From Lama guanicoe (Eukaryota): 64,000 bases of DNA. The stretch covers positions 1,123,063 through 1,187,062 of the forward strand of contig MU053557.1 of NCBI GenBank assembly GCA_013239625.1, given 5' to 3'. The notes under the pieces are model-generated. The model was not told the origin of the DNA, searched no databases, and was given only the letters and a program-made list of their open reading frames with translations. Positions 14,631 to 30,026 of the stretch are shown one piece after another (positions within the stretch are counted from its first letter, which is position 1; each line of letters begins with the position of its first letter). The position numbers and the translations under genes are program-made.

Positions 14631-17479
14631 AGAGAAATCTGAAAAACAGTGGAGGTCTATGATGGCAAAGCAGAAAAATTAGTTTTAAGACTAGCTAACC
14701 TGGGTGTAGAAATGTGCGTGTATGCGTAAGTGAGTATGTAGATTTCCAGCCTACCGCTGGTACTTAGGAGGATGTTTGGTTTAGGTCCATAGGCTCTCCG
14801 GTTCTGTAGAGAGCTCGCTGTGTTGAGAATGAGAAGACGTTGAAGCCTGCTCTGCTGCCATCATCGGGTGGCACTATCTTGGGCCGTAGTCTTGTTCATT
14901 TTGTGCTTCAGCTTCACCGTTAATGAACTGAGAGCTTGTGGTTCTCACTACTTTCTGTAGCTCTAATTAGGTCCTAATTCAAAAACATGTGCATGCACAT
15001 ATTTATATATCCCGGCACTTAGGGAGAAGTTAGAATCTGGCGAAAAGCCTTTCTAGCATTTTCTGATGTAGTTCTCTCAGCAGCCCCTCGGGTACGGTGC
15101 TGTTAGCATTCTCATTCTGCAGGTGAGGGAACAAGCTGGGCAGGCCGTGTTACCTTGCTCATGGTTAATCTGCTAACAGGGAGTGTAAGGGAATCTTAAA
15201 CCCAAGTTTCTAACATAGGGGTAGTGCTTTCAACTACTATGTCTGTTCCTGCAGTATTTTATGCTGCTACAAGAGGATTATTTTTCTATGGTCCAAGCCT
15301 TTAAAATATTGTTTGCAATACTTTGAGGTAGGTATATACTTCGATATAGATTGGGCCTATGTAGCTGTGATGAGACGGGTAAGATACATACTGCTGGTTT
15401 GAATCTCTTAATCAATGGGAAGAGTCAGAAAATTATGGTCTTGCTATTTTGTGGTGGCAAGAGTTGGCGGAGGGAATGTCTTTAATGATCAGGGAAGACT
15501 GATTTTCAATCATTAAGCCATGTCACAAGCAATTGACTCCACCTAGGTACACTACCTCCAAACAAGTGCATTAAAAGAAAACCTCTCCTCTAAACGAGTA
15601 TATTAAATCTCTCCCCTAGAAAATCTCTTTGTATATGTGAACAACAATTTTTTTTCTACAGTTATGCTAGAAACACATGAAAACTGTGGATAAGGACTTA
15701 GAGGAAGAGCAGTGTGTTTTGCAGTCAGACTCTTCCAACAATGCTAATGAATTCTTCGTGCTCAAAAAGTTTCATGTCACCATTCTTGCATCCTGTCACC
15801 CACACTATCACCGCCATCATCCTCATCCCCGTGCTTGGCTCTTTCTACATTTTGTTTAGTATACTGATACTGATTTAGAGCTGCAGTTAGCTTAAACTCA
15901 AAAACTGGCTATGAAGCACCAATTAAATGCAGCTTAATATGAAACATCAAAAGATAAGACAAAGAAAAGTTTCACACAGGTGTGGTTTGGTCATAACCAG
16001 CTGGCAACAGAAATCTAACTCTTACCAGCTGAAGCAAACAGAGGGAATAATTGACTCTTGCACATAGAAGATCTAGGAAATAGTTTTAGGCACAACGCTG
16101 TGGTCTTGGCTTTTTCTCTTTTTTTCTGTCACTCAGCTCTGCTTCCCTCCTAGGGTACAGGCTTTATAAGGCTTTGTTCTCTGGCAGTAACCTTCTGTGC
16201 TGAGGGGAAGAGATCACCAGACGCCTGTACCATTTACAGCTCATGATCCAAAAGAGACACTTTGCTTCAGTGCTTTTGCATGTCAACGCACCCTTAGGCT
16301 AATCTGTTTGGCAGAAGTACGGCACACTGATTGACTACCAGAGTCATGCGTTCCTTTCTATGGCTGGAAATTGATCCAGTATCTGTGATTGACAGCGTTG
16401 CTAAGAGTTGGTTCTCAAAAGTCGGTCGGCTAAACAAAGAGCATATATCCACTATACATATGAGTTACGTTTGAGTAATTTACATATTTCCCCAAAGTGT
16501 TTGAAGAACTTGGGGATAGTGGTGAGAATAAGGAAGTTGTGATACAGAGATAAGCATAAATCAAAGCACAAATGAAAAAAGAATAGGCTTATTTGCAGAA
16601 AATCAGGGAAAAAAAGGGAAGCTGGAAAGGCGAAATAAAGCTATTGATGGTTTCACTTGTTGATTCAACTAGGTGGATACTGTTAACTATTCGGGAAGAA
16701 ATGTTATCAAAATAATTTGAATTAATCAAATAGTCAGAAGTTATATTTTCTCATTTTCAGCTAACTCGCTCTGTTGCTTTAACTCTTCCTTTTCCTTCTG
16801 TTTCCGTTTCCCCCCCCCAAACATGTGAATACTTGCATGGAAATACAAATTATAGAAACTAGTTTGAGGGCTTGTGTAAACCATAACGAAGCATAAAACT
16901 CAGTCACTCATTAGGAGCCCAGGTCTGATGGCAGTGTTGTCACAGCTTTGCTGTTCTAATAGCAGCCAACCAATTACTGCAGCAGTAATTTCCTCCTGGA
17001 TGATGAGGGTGGTTGGAAGTGATGGAGAGCTGGATGGCTGGGAGATCTGGAAAGCCAAGTGAACAAACATAGTTCTGGTTTAGTCAGTCTCATTCAAAAA
17101 TCAGCTTTAAAAGCCCTCTTACTTAAATACGTTGCCATTGTTAATGCTGCTATGTCCTTCTAAGAAATGCTGTTGCTCCTAATTTGAAGCAAGTGCTTCC
17201 TTTAGGACTAATTAAGCTGGTGAATGAGGACCACATAGTTAAAAGGTTCAGTCTACAGTAAAGCCAGGGGTGTTGGTTACGATAACTTAGAATTTGCACT
17301 TCCAGACATAACTACTCTCTGGGTTCTGGGAAGACACGGATGCGGTGAGAGAAAAAAACAAAACAAAACTTCATTAAGTGTTTTATCTTGTTTTCTTCTA
17401 GCATATACCCTTTTCCTACCACTCCCCCCACAATCCAAAAAAAGAGAGTTACTGAGAATATTTGTTGCAACACCGGCAT

Positions 17480-17960
17480 CTATTAATTTCTCCCACCAAA
17501 CAGTATTTGTTTCTCTCTTAAGAAATTTACCCCAATTTTAGGAATATAATTTGTGTGATACTGACCCCACGCTAAGCTATGGCATTGGGTCTTGAGTGGC
17601 TTAAGTGTCTCAGGCCATTATGACCAGATCAGGGATGGACACATGACTTAAGTTGTACCCAAGAGCTAATAAGAAACTGAGGGCTCCAGGAAAATGAAGG
17701 TTTACTTCTTTAGAAGGAACTGCAACAGCATACTACTCACTGTCACCATAAAATGAGACTGTATATATGAATGAGACAGGAGAGGCAGTGACTAAATGCA
17801 AAATCAGAGGGGAGAAAAAGCCAAAAACACAGACCTGGTTCTGGTCACAGTGAGCCCTGAATCATTTTCTCCTGGAGAGGAACTGCTCCTGAACTAGCCA
17901 GATCTAGAGCTAATAAATCCCCTTTCCTAACATAGGCAGTTAAGATGGATTTAAAGAGGT
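17480..17960 (+). mobile_element. MaLR MLT1-type LTR (degenerate)
   Basis: cagggatggacacatgact..gagctaataaatcccctt are MLT1 motifs. Confidence 0.5.
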
Positions 17961-18385
17961 AGGAAGAGTCCTCATATGGTGAAGCCACAAAGATCTAAAG
18001 AAGAAAGTGAAAAACTACCCATACCCCACTCACCCAGACATAGCAGTCATTCTAGTGCTGATGGGATCGTAGTTTTGGATTTTTCCAGATGAATTAGAGA
18101 AAAAGTTAGATTATTATTTATGTACTCTTGAGATAAAGGAGGACTTTTTAAGCATTTCACCACAGCCAGAAACTATAAAGAAAAAGATCAATCTCATCTC
18201 ATGAAAGTTTAAATGTTGTACATACAGAAAAATAGTAGCAAAGTTAAAAGATATGACAAGCTGGAAAAAAATAAATGCAGCAGTATTTTGGATAAAAATT
18301 TAATGCTGTTAATAAAATTAGTAATTAAGAGTTAAATGCCAATAAAAAGTAAGCATGGAAAATAAATACATAGTTAACATAAGAA

Positions 18386-18416
<31 letters not shown>

Positions 18417-20599
18417 ATATATATATCTCCAGATAATCAGCTCTACTCTGGCTAGTTTTGGGACTTTAAGCAATGGACCTTATTTCTTCTTTATAGTATT
18501 CTCATTGGTTAAAACAGGGATACTGTCACCTGCTTCACAGAATTTTTATAAACACAAAATGAAGAAAGATCATATAAAATATTTTATCAATATGAGAAAG
18601 AGAACAGCCTCCATATTTACCCATATAGTTGTCTTACTGCCCTCATTTTGCTCGTGGAGGAGGAATAAGATAAAAGGCCCTCTGATTCAGAAAGTTCAAG
18701 TGCAACTTTTGATTGCTAAGTTATTGATCACATCACCACACCCCATTTGTGTCAGTGGATTCAACAATCAAAATTGAACTACAGTTCAAACAGTGAGTTT
18801 AATGTGCAAGTTACTGATGCATTGATACGAAGTATTCATGGCCAAGACTAGGGAGGAAATCATCACAACTATTAAGAGCCAATTCTAGACAGTGTCTCAA
18901 ACACTTTTTAAGCATTATATCTTATTCACTCTTTACAGTGACTTATAAGGGTATTATAAAAACCTGTTGATTTTTGAAGCTGGGGTTCCCAGAGACTAAG
19001 TAACCTGCTCAGCTAATAAAGAACAGAGCCAAAATGTGAGTTCAGGCCAAATTCACATGTTCATGCTGCTCATTCTTTTCCCTCTTCTGTTATAGTCAGG
19101 AAGTCATTTCGAATTATATTAGAAATACTAGAATAATATGAGCATCATATGCACAACACTTTTCTTTTATTTTCTCTAAGTGTATGTTGGTACCCTAACT
19201 CCAATTCCAGACTGGATTTGAACAAATCTTTGGGAATCCACTGAGTTCCAAGCATTATGTTTGATGTTGGGGAGTCTAAAAAACGAGTTTAGGCAGGGTT
19301 TCCGCCTATAAGAGCACATTAATTATTTTTTTCTCAGCTCACAGCACATGCTGCTTTTTCGTTAAATTCTCATTGCATGCATCACTGTTGGCAGTTGCAT
19401 TATTAAACTTTCTAAACCTCAGAGCTATGAAATTTAACATTGTTAGATTCAAATCCTTACTGGACTACTTGCTAACCATACACCTTTGTGCAAGTTTGCT
19501 CCTCCTCAACTGGGAGCAGTAAAAATGATTTGATAGCAGTGGTGTGAGAATTAATTGAGGTACTTTATATGAAACACTTATCAGACTACCTAGAACACAG
19601 TGAGCACTTACCAAATCAATTTTAAAGCGACTATAATGGCTGATTTCTGTACTGAAGTCTGAAGGTGATGCATTTGGATGGAAAGCTCAGTCTACTTTGG
19701 TTTCATCAAAAACAGTAGTGAATTAATGTAGCTCCATACAGGAAAAAATAATTTTAGTCTGAGGACACTGGGACCTTCAACATTTTTCAGTTTTCATTAC
19801 ATTTCTAAAAAGAAGAACAACGTATTTAACTGAGATCTTCTATCACAGAGTTAAAAATTCTCAGGAACTCATGATGGCTAAAGTGCCCATGGATTTCTTC
19901 ATCTCAGGACTAAGCCAGCGGTAGCAAACAGCCACATTTGGAATACACCTAGGTCATAATATTTTAAAAGATTTCTCATGGTCCATTACATTCCAAATTA
20001 TATACATTTTTATTTTAGTATCAAGACCCCTGACAACCCAGCCGGTTCCCAGAGGATTCCACCAAGGCTAGAACAGCATTGCATTGCATCTCTCCCCAAA
20101 ATGAAAACACCATCTGTTATTATATCAACATGACATTGTGTGCATTAGCATATTTCATATACACATCAATTTACATAATGCTTAGAAAACCATCTTTCTA
20201 TGATGCATGAAGCTTTTCATCCATCCCCCTTATTTATTGCTATTATTGGAGGCTGGCATACCTATACAGAGGGGACTTGGCATACAAGTTCAATGTAGCT
20301 GTGAGCAGTGGGAGTCCTTACTGCGGACTTTAGCTATGGCCAGATAGGAGCAGCTAGACACTGTTCTTCCTAAAAGGACATTAGGAGACCCTTCATTTAT
20401 TACAGTCTGTGTCATTCTGTGCATTTCCTATTTATTTTTACTGTTCCATAAATCCTATAAACTTCTGGCAGGACTTAACCAATATTTAAAGTTATTTTCT
20501 AATGTTTTTATTGATGGTAGATTTTCCCTTTAAATAAACATTTTAAGAGCTTTGGCTAAGATAACTGTCCTTTGTGTTCCAGGTTTCTGTCCTCCCCGG

Positions 20600-21005
20600 T
20601 GAAAGCTGTTTCCAGATATGACTTTGAGACTCCTGGGAGACAAACTCTGGGACTGAGCTAGGAGTGCAGAAATGTGTTGGAGAGGAAAACCTGTGAAAGG
20701 AAAGGGGAGAAGATAGGGTTGAGGAGGGGTACGTGTCAGACCACATGGAGACCTGACAGAGTTCCAGCAGTGCCAGGGGATGTTTCAGAGAAAGATTCCC
20801 CATTAGAAGATCCCTGTGTTGCACAGAAATGGCTTGCCCTTTGTACCAGGGCTTTGCCCAGTCACCAGCTTAGGTCACACGTGACTGAAAAGCTAAGACA
20901 GACCCAGAGGAACTAACAACTGGAAGCTGTTCGCTGACCAGAGTCCCCAAAGCTGGGCAGCAGGTCCTTTCTTAGAGCTGATCAGAGGGGGCATCTTTGG
21001 GTTAG
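20600..21005. mobile_element. ERVL-type LTR (LTR16/LTR33-like)
   Basis: aaactctgggactgag..gtgcagaaatg..aacctgtgaaagg; ctgggcagcaggtcctttctt. Confidence 0.45.
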
Positions 21006-23099
21006 TCATTCAGCTGCTCTCGTACTAGTAGAAAGCAGTATGTGGTTGTTTTTCCTTAAAGTTGGAGGTTTGAAAGACATAAGGTTGGAGGCTGACGCAT
21101 CTGTACAGAGAGGACTTGGTGTCCATAAAACTCTCCTTTTGTTCTAAAATAACCTTATAACTGCATGATTATGGCTGCCTAATTGTGGGCTGTTGGGGAA
21201 AAGACTGATTTCCACTGTTAGTTTACGGGTCTTTGGGTGGTACACATGGAATAGACAACATGCTGAATTTTCAGTTTGGCCTTTCAAAGACAAATGGAGG
21301 CAAAGTGAGTGCCCCCTGTTGTTCCAAATAACTCAATCACGAAACTATTTTTGTAGTTCGTTGAGCATTTACTGCAGAAAAATACTTGTAAGTCATCAAA
21401 CATACTGAAACTACTACCACTGGCCAAGCATTTTAGGAGACTAGTGAGCTACACTATTAGTCAATCAGGAATGCCTGTTTGAGTGTGGAATTGAGTGCAA
21501 GGAAAAATGCCACACTCATTTAGAGGCTAGATGCGCACATTTCTATGAAGGCTTGTAATTTATGATACTTCTCCACAACACATCTTCTTCCCATCTCAGT
21601 CCCATGTTCTAAATAAGAAGTTGGCAGTGTGTGTGTTTTTTCCTCAGTGGATCTCAAGATGGATCCAGCATTCTGTGTGCTCAGGTGGCATTTTGCATCT
21701 GCCAGTTACACTGTCTGTTTATAGATGCTTCCTGTAATATTACTTTGGGTAAGTTGAGCTGGCTTACTTGATGGCTCTTTTACAAATGGAAATGTTTTAC
21801 TGCTTAACTATAGGCATATTTAGAAATGCCAAAAATCCTGACTTTAAACTACGAGTAGTTTTAATCATAAAGCCTTTGTCTCCTGGGTCATCTTCTTCTC
21901 TTCCCTGGATTGGAAAAAGGTCTGCCAAGATCCTTGGAAAAATACGTGCTTCCATAGAAAAGCTCTTTTCCACCCAAGAGATTCATTCTTCATCTGTAAA
22001 ATGAAGGAATTGGACTAAGGGACCTTTAATGTCTCATTTAGGTCTGTGCCCATGTGTTTCAGAGGAAATGCCTTTCATCCCTGAAGGATAATAAAAAGTT
22101 AATGACTAGACTGAGTCTGCTAAACTCATCCACACTCACTGAGACAGGTGGAATATGGCACCAGGGCTCTAAGAGTTAAACAGAGGGCCCTGATGTCCAG
22201 AGGCCTCAGGAGAGGTTTGACAATGTGACCCATGCAAAGGAGCCTGGAAATAACGTAGTTACTCCTCATTTAGTGCCTGTGATGTACCTCTGACTATGGC
22301 AAGTGCTTTACTTACGCTACATTTATACAGTCCTATGAGAGCGGCACCGCTGACCATGTTATAGATGCTGAGAATGAGTCCCAACAGAGAATAAGCAGCA
22401 TGGCCGTTGTCACCAGACTGTTCCACCTGACTCTGCTGTCCTCAGTCATCACACTCTACTTGTCTGGTCACTTTATTGTTTCTTTGATTCCATGCCTGGA
22501 TGCTGAGATGCTGCATCAGACCAGGTTGATCAAAGAGAGGGTGACTGTTTGGTGGGAATGGGTCTGTGCTGGAGATAAGGAAGCTTTCTGTGTCCTTTGA
22601 TCATTTTGTCTTGGCACTGTGGCTGTCACCTGATGGTGATACCATGAAGTGTTTCCCTTCTGCAAACCCTGAAGCCAGTGTCCCATCAAGAGCAATCCTG
22701 GAGCCTTAGGTTGCCGGTGCCTTAATCACAGCTTTTAATTCCCTGGCTCATTCACTGGATGCATGTGTTGGAGATTGTTTAAAGGCATGGTAATAGCATC
22801 AGTTTTTCTCCCTGTCACATCCTAAAGACTACGAGTGTGCAGTGCAGGGTGTGAGAAGGATCTTTAAGGAGCCATGGCAGGATGGAGAGTGTGATAATAT
22901 GGAGAAGAGTCATAGGGTCACATTGTCTCCCAATTTTGCAGCATTACTTTCACGTTACCATTCCAAAAACAAAACTTCCTTGTGCTTACATCTCTCTTTG
23001 AACTTATCATACCCTAATTTAATTACTTTTCAATCTTCACCACAAAACTAATCTCATGTGTGTTGTTTACTTTGAATTATCAGCACCTAATGTTTCCTA

Positions 23100-24600
23100 G
23101 ACTCAATTTTTTTGTATTTGTTCAACTAATACTTAATGGGCAATACTATGTGTGAGGTACCGATTTAGGTATTGAAATTATATTGGTGAACAGGAGAAAC
23201 TTCTTCCAGCGTGAGCTCACATTCAAGTGAAAAGACAGATGGTAAATAAATAGAGAGCCAGGCAAAGATGTTAAATATGAAGTAGTTTCACGCAGCGACA
23301 AGGTGTTAGAAAGCCAGGTAAGAGGTCAGATACTCTCTTGTGATAACATGTTCAGGGAGTCCTTTCCAGAAACATAAAAATTACAGAGACAGACCTAGGG
23401 ATAAGACTGTTCCAGGGAGTAGAAAAAGCAAATCAAGGCTTGAGGCAAAGATGAACTTGACCAATTTAAAGAATATGTAGCTAGTGCAATGGAGTATTCC
23501 AAAAGAAAACATTAGGTGACAATTCACATTAGTGAGGTAAGCATAACTAAGTTCACAGAGGCGCTAGTAAGAAGTTGGAACAATCCTTACTCAACAAGTA
23601 TTTATTGAATATTCACTATGTAGCAGGCATTGTTCTGGATTGTGAAAGTACACTTATAAACTAATGAGATGCATTTTCCAGCCTTAAGAGAGCTTATATT
23701 ATTAGGGCAGAGGCAAACAATGAGTCAGATTATATATATACATACATACATATATATAAGCTAGTCTCATATAAGCTGGTCTTAAGAAAATATGTTTATA
23801 TAAATAAGCTAGTCCTAAGAAAAACTGAGGCAGAAGTGAATGATACCAACTTTGGAATAGAGTGAAGGAGGCTTTGAAAAGATGGAGGGAAACCAAAGAA
23901 GAAAGCAAGCCATGTAATTCTCTGGGGAAAGAACAGAGTCAATAGAAATTAAGTTCAGCGACGAGCTAAAAGACCAGTGATGCTGGAATGCTGGGAAGCG
24001 GAAGGAGAGGAGGTCGGAGAGGAAACTGGTTCTGATTACCTAGAGCCCTACAGTGCTGGTACAGACTGTCTTTTATCCTCAGTAACACTGCAGTCCATCT
24101 CAGAGCACGGGAGTGTCACAGTCCAAATAGCATTTCAGTAGGTTTCTTGTTTGAAAATAGAATAAAAGGAAGTAAGGGTGGAGGCTGGAACAGTACTGCC
24201 CAGTAGAAATGTACTACAAGCCGCGAAATCGAGCCACTAAATTTTCTGGCGCCCAAATAAGAAGCCAGAAGAACTAGGTGAAATTAATATTAATAGCATA
24301 TTTTATTTAACCTGATGAGATACTTGACATTATTTTCACAGTAAGTCTTTGAAGTCCAGTGTGTATTTTATACTTGGAGAATATCTCACTTCAGAGTAGC
24401 TTCATTTCGGGTGCTCAGTAACCACATGTAGCTGGTGACTGCTAAAGAGGATGTGGCACTTAGAAGCCTTGCAGGGAACAGAAGACGGCAGTGCACTGAG
24501 GGTGATGAAAAGGAGTCAAATTCTCAATCTGTGTGTAAGGTGGAGCCAATAGGGTTTGCTGAAAAGATGAACATATGAGTGGATGGGATACGGAATTAAC
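23100..24600 (-). mobile_element. L2 fragments
   Basis: tcaacaagtatttattgaatattcactatgtagcaggcattg; ggagccaatagggtttgctga. Confidence 0.55.
24191..24455. mobile_element. MER33-like hAT-Charlie element nested in L2
   Basis: cagtactgcccagtagaaatg..ggtgaaattaatatt..gtctttgaagtccagtgtgtattt..ccacatgtagctggtg. Confidence 0.75.
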
Positions 24601-25544
24601 TGAAATAAAGGAACTTCTAAAGAGGAAAGAAAGTTGTAGGCAAGTAAGAATATTTAACATATTTTAAATATATTGCAAAGCGATCTTAAGCTGTCTATAC
24701 ATATTCTGGTCAGCTACGCTACCCTGGGTTATGGAGGCCTGTTAAGAACACTTTTCAGATCGCCAGAGTAGGTGGGCTGAGGAACCAGTGCATGGCTTTA
24801 TTATAGGAAGAGTCGAGTGGGGAAGACAGCAGAGGACCACGATATGGTTCTTTTGGTGGTTTTCTTCTCTGACTTACAGAACAACCATCACACACACCTT
24901 CCAAGGTCCTGGAATATGAGGCTGTATCTGGTAACCATTTACCCTCTTCTGGGGTTTTCCAAATAACAATCTAATCCCAGGGAAAGATCACTCATCCGAT
25001 TGGGTATATGTTTATCATTACGCAAATGTACAAAATCACACTCCTTTCTACACAAGGCATGCTATATGCTAAGGTAGCCCAGATTCTGATGCAAAGTTTC
25101 ATTTAGTTGGCCATCCAGTGTTGTGGACTTTACAATTTGGATCCTCTTAGTCAGGACATAAAATCTTCATCAAACGTTGTCCAGTCTCCATTATCTCGTA
25201 GGGCGTTATGCCTGTTCCTTGGGTATACTGGGAATGTATTGCCAACACTCCTAGAAAAAGCTATGAGATTTATCCCTATTGGAACAGTCCAGCCCTGAAT
25301 TGATAACCATGGCCATTGGATTAGCCTAGATTATTGCTTCACTACTAAAGGGTAAAATTGCTAGAGAGCACCCAAGATCATTTTCTTTCTCAAGTAAAAA
25401 AACAAAGCAAAAAAAATGACTTATATAGAAAGAAAAGACAGAATGAATGCTAAGAGCACAATAAACCAAATTTACATAGAACTGTACGTATACCATATGT
25501 ATATACACACAAATATATTCATATATCAATGTGTATTATAGTAG

Positions 25545-25750
25545 ATTCTATGAAGTGCCAACTATTTTTGCTTTTTAAATCTGCCCAACAGCCCTATGAA
25601 GTAGGTATGACTTTTTTTTACTGAACAACTAGGAACCTAAAGAGAAACTGAGCTTCAGAGAAGGCTAATAACTTTCCCAGGGCCACACAGCTGGTAGCAA
25701 AAATGGCTGGGTTCTGACTGAGGGCTTCCTCTTAACCACTGCAGTGTTAA
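25545..25750 (-). mobile_element. MIR SINE
   Basis: aacagccctatgaagtaggt..gaaactgagcttcagagaagg..aactttcccagggccacacagctgg. Confidence 0.7.
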
Positions 25751-27149
25751 CTACTTTGACCGGGTAGGTGGCATAACCTATAACACCTATCGGTAGAATG
25801 GGCCTCTTTTGCACTGTAGAAATTACTTTCAACTGCATGCCAGTGTTCTCCAAACTGTCCTGTAGCTTGGCTCTAAGAATGTGTCAGTATGTATTGGGTA
25901 CTTCTTGCCATACATTTTGAGAGAATATTCCTTTTGCTTGATGCCAGTGCTACTAATGAGCAGGCTGTTACTCCTGCAGGATGCGCCAGAGTCAGTTCCT
26001 AGTCAAGGACTATCAGTTGATACTGAGCCAGATGACAGAAAGAATGTGGCTCTCAAAAGAAAATTTAGAGAAGCAAAAGTGAAAAGGGAAAAAATTTTTT
26101 TTAAATACCTAAACAAGTTATGAGCTAGCTTATCAAAGCAAGAATGAAGTGAAACAACAACAAAAACCACATGCTCCTCTCATCACTCACACAAAGCCAG
26201 GTGTTCAGAAGAAAGTGGGAGATGGCCTGTCCAAACCAAATCTGGTTAAAGGTCTGAAAAGAAATGCATGAAGGGGACAGAAAGATGAAGACTCCACGCT
26301 CTGAGTGTGATTGGCTTCTTGAGCTGATGGGGTCATTCTTTGGATGTTTTGGTACTATAAACATTATATCCATACAGTTACTACATACATGAGTTCCTGA
26401 ACCATGATTAGGAATAATTTTGGTAATTTTGGTCTCAAGAATGGAATCCAAATCCCTTAGTAGATCTGTGTGAAAACTAAATGGTGAAGGGTTGGAAAGG
26501 GTGGGACAGAATAATACCTAGGCGTTGTACATGCTGTTACAAACTGTTCTCTGTACGACTGCAGACAGTTTCATCTGTTTTCTTCTGTAATTTTTCTCTG
26601 AAAACTCTAACATATCAACCCCAGATCTTGTTTCTCTTTTCTTCTCTTTATTCCCCATATGATTTGTAATCCAAATGATCAAAGTTAACTCTTGAAGAAA
26701 TTGCTTTTTATTTAGCACATTGATTCATTCATTTGACAAATACTGAGTATGGGTTATGGGGCAGGCGCTCTGGTCTAGGCAGCGGTGAGCAGACAGACAA
26801 ATAATCATGCAAATAACAAAGTGAACAAGGTGATCGCAGAGAGTACTAACTGCTGTGAGGAAATTCCACAGTTGCAGTGGAGGGGGACTGGGCATTAGAA
26901 ATGGGAGAAGGTTGGCTAATTTAGATGTAGTGGTCAGAGATACCTGAATAATTTTTATTTAAGTATTTTTCTCCTTGAGTAGATTAAAATTGGGTCTGAG
27001 GGAGAAGCTAGGATTCAAATCATGCCCTGCCATTCCTTCATTCTTTAATTCACTTTCATTTACATACACGTAATTTACTGAAATACAAATTTTGTACCAA
27101 TAACTATGGTAGGAGGTAGACATTGGCTAATTGACTCAGAGAACCCATA

Positions 27150-28140
27150 TTTATTGAATGCCTGCAAGGTGCTCTATCCTAAGTGTTTGTGACAATCAGT
27201 GAACCAAAGAAAGATCATGACTGATGGTGGCCAGGGGTGTGGCTTTGATCACGTTGAATTGTAATGTTTATTATGCATCCAGGCGCAGATGGCGAGTAGG
27301 TAGCTGGATTTGCCACTCTAGGATGAGAGAGGTACGGCCAAGAAATCTGAGATTCATCAGAAGAGGGATGATATGTAGTCATAAGATCATGTGAGTCCAC
27401 CAAGGGAGTGAACATAAAGAAGTGAAAAGGATCATTGGCCAAACTCGGGGACACTTCATTATTATGAAGAGAGGGAACTATCAAATGAATCTATGAGAGA
27501 GAGATCAGTAGAATAAGAGGGAAACCAAGGAACTGTGATGTTCTGGAATCCAAAGGAAGAAAATGTATTAAGGACATGGAATAACTAACTGAAAAAAATC
27601 CTGCTACCAAGTCATGTAAGATGAGGACTGGGGATGGATTATAAAATTTAACAACATGGAGATCATCTGTGACCTTGATATGAGCAGTTTTCAATAAAGT
27701 CTGGTTGGAATAGTTTTAAAAGGGAATGGGAAGAGAGTAATCAGACAATGAGTAGAGACATGTTTTTAAGAAGAATTTTGCATCAGAAGACAGCAAAGAA
27801 ATAGGCTGGAAGCTGGCAAGAGAAACAGGGCAAAAAGAAGGGTTGTTAAGATGGGAGAAATAATAGCATGTTTGCATATTGATGAGAATGCTGCAATAGT
27901 AAGGAAAAAATTGATGGTGTAAAGATGGTCAATTTCTGGAGAGTTGTTCTTAAGTAGATGAGAGGATGTAGGATTTAGTGTGCAAGTAGAAGGATTATCT
28001 TTGGAGAGGACTATGGATTTTTTGTCTGGTTATAGGGAGAATGGCAGAGTTACGTGGATTCAGATACTGGGAGATGGGGAGCTGTGGTGAAGGGCTTTTA
28101 TGGAAATTCTCTTACTGCTGCTACAGCTTTCCCAGTGATG
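27150..28140 (-). mobile_element. L2 ORF2 fragment
   Basis: atttaacaacatggagatcatctgtgaccttga; the minus-strand ORF KVTDDLHVVK is L2 RT-like. Confidence 0.7.
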
Positions 28141-30026
28141 TAGGACACGAGAGGAAACAGCTTCCATACCAATTATAAGCTATATAATTTCAAACAAGTA
28201 ATTCAACATGTTTGAATCTCAGTTTTCTCATCTGTTAAATTGGAATAAAAATATTTATCTCAGGTGCAGTAATAATGATTAACTGTGACATTACATAGAA
28301 AACAATACCAGCCTGGGACCTGTACCATCAATTAATTTTATCCAAAATTGACCTCAATATGATGAAAAATGAATTAGGATCTTAAATAGCATACGTCACC
28401 TAGATTTCAGTTAAGAGGACTTGCTTCATTATAGGGAGGCAGCCAATAGCTAACAACAGTGTGAAATAAAGTGGGTTTGGCTTAATTGTTAAGAGGTACA
28501 TTTATAAAAAGACTTACTGTATCTGTCATCCAGTCCCTGACCAAGGAGAGCTCACTGAAATGTTTTAGCCGTAATTCTTCTCCACACACCTATTGGTACC
28601 CACCAGCTTGGAGTGACAGTGATCCACTGAACATGGGGAGAAAGCAAATGTCAATGTTCATTCTCCTGTCCCAGGCTAAGTGTTCCAGGCGTGTGTGATT
28701 TCACCCTGATTAAAGTGCCAAATGGCCCCTAATCACATTAAAATGAAATGTGACCAGACCGTACCAAGAAGTGGGACATCCCTGTCACCTTTTCTCTTTT
28801 CCCCATAATAGCAATACCTATCCGCTATATTCCAGATAATTTGAATGTCTCTTCACATTGTGTGGACAATGAGATGACTTGAATTTGACAGATCTTATTA
28901 TGCTGGAAATCAGCCGCTCTAAAATTAACATAGGCTCTTATTAAAAGCGATTATGCAAAATTTCTCTGGTGCCTGAGATTTTTACTAGGCAAATTCCTTC
29001 CTCATATTCTTCCTTATGCCCTTTCCTCTTTGTGTATTTTTTTAAGTGGGAATAACACAGGGATTTAGTATAGACTAACTAATGCCAGGAAGGCTAAAAT
29101 GTTTCTCCGCTACAGATATTTACCATCACATATCAGGTGCTCATGATACTAGGGGAGTCAACACTGAAACTATAGCTTGAGGTATGTGGTGCTTTATGAA
29201 AAAAGAATGTCTAACTTTTGAGCCTATAAAGTCAACACTGTGAGACTGGGGAGTTTGCACTGTTCATTGGTTCTTTTTCAGTCACCCACAATAGTACGGA
29301 GTAAGTAGTAAGTACACAACAAATGTCTGTTTGGTGAATTAATGCTAATTAATATTTCTCTGGTGAAATTAAGCCTGCCATTAAGAATTATAAATAATCA
29401 TGGGAAAATAACTCCTTAAATAGAATTTTTTTCAGACCCCATCTCCAGTGAATACCCTAAAATTACTAGAAATGGCCCAGACTCTATACAAATATCTTTC
29501 TCCCTCTTGAAATCTTAATTTAGGAATAAATTCCCTCATTTTTTGACTGATTAAATTCTGAAGAGGGTAAATGTGAAAAAAGATAAAATATGTCTAAGGC
29601 ACACATAAAATCATGGGTATGTTTTTAAAGTGTCGGTGGCCCAGTCGACTGCTTGTACATGAACCTTGATTTTTTTTTCTTTATTGTGGAAGATTAGGTT
29701 TGCCACAAGTTGGAATATAGTGTAAGTCTAAAACAGCCAAGGTGAAATAAAGGAACAATGTTATGTAGTGACTTCAACTTTGACACTAAAAATGGCCATT
29801 TCTCAACTTATGTGGAACAGGACTCTCAGATAATTTCCAGAAGACAGTGCGGTCTGATTTAGACTAGAGATCATAAAATCAAATGTCTACAAAGAATAGA
29901 CTGATAAATTTGTATGTGAGGCTGTGAGGGTGGGAAACTAGTTTGAGTTGAAAACATAGTGAACTGGCCTATCCTTAATTTAAAAGCATTCAAATCAATC
30001 TGTTTTTTTAAAAACATTGTACTGTG

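Noticed and set aside
18355..18777. Longest ORF (140 aa)
   Set aside because: It spans TA/GT microsatellite and low-complexity sequence and shows no recognisable domain.
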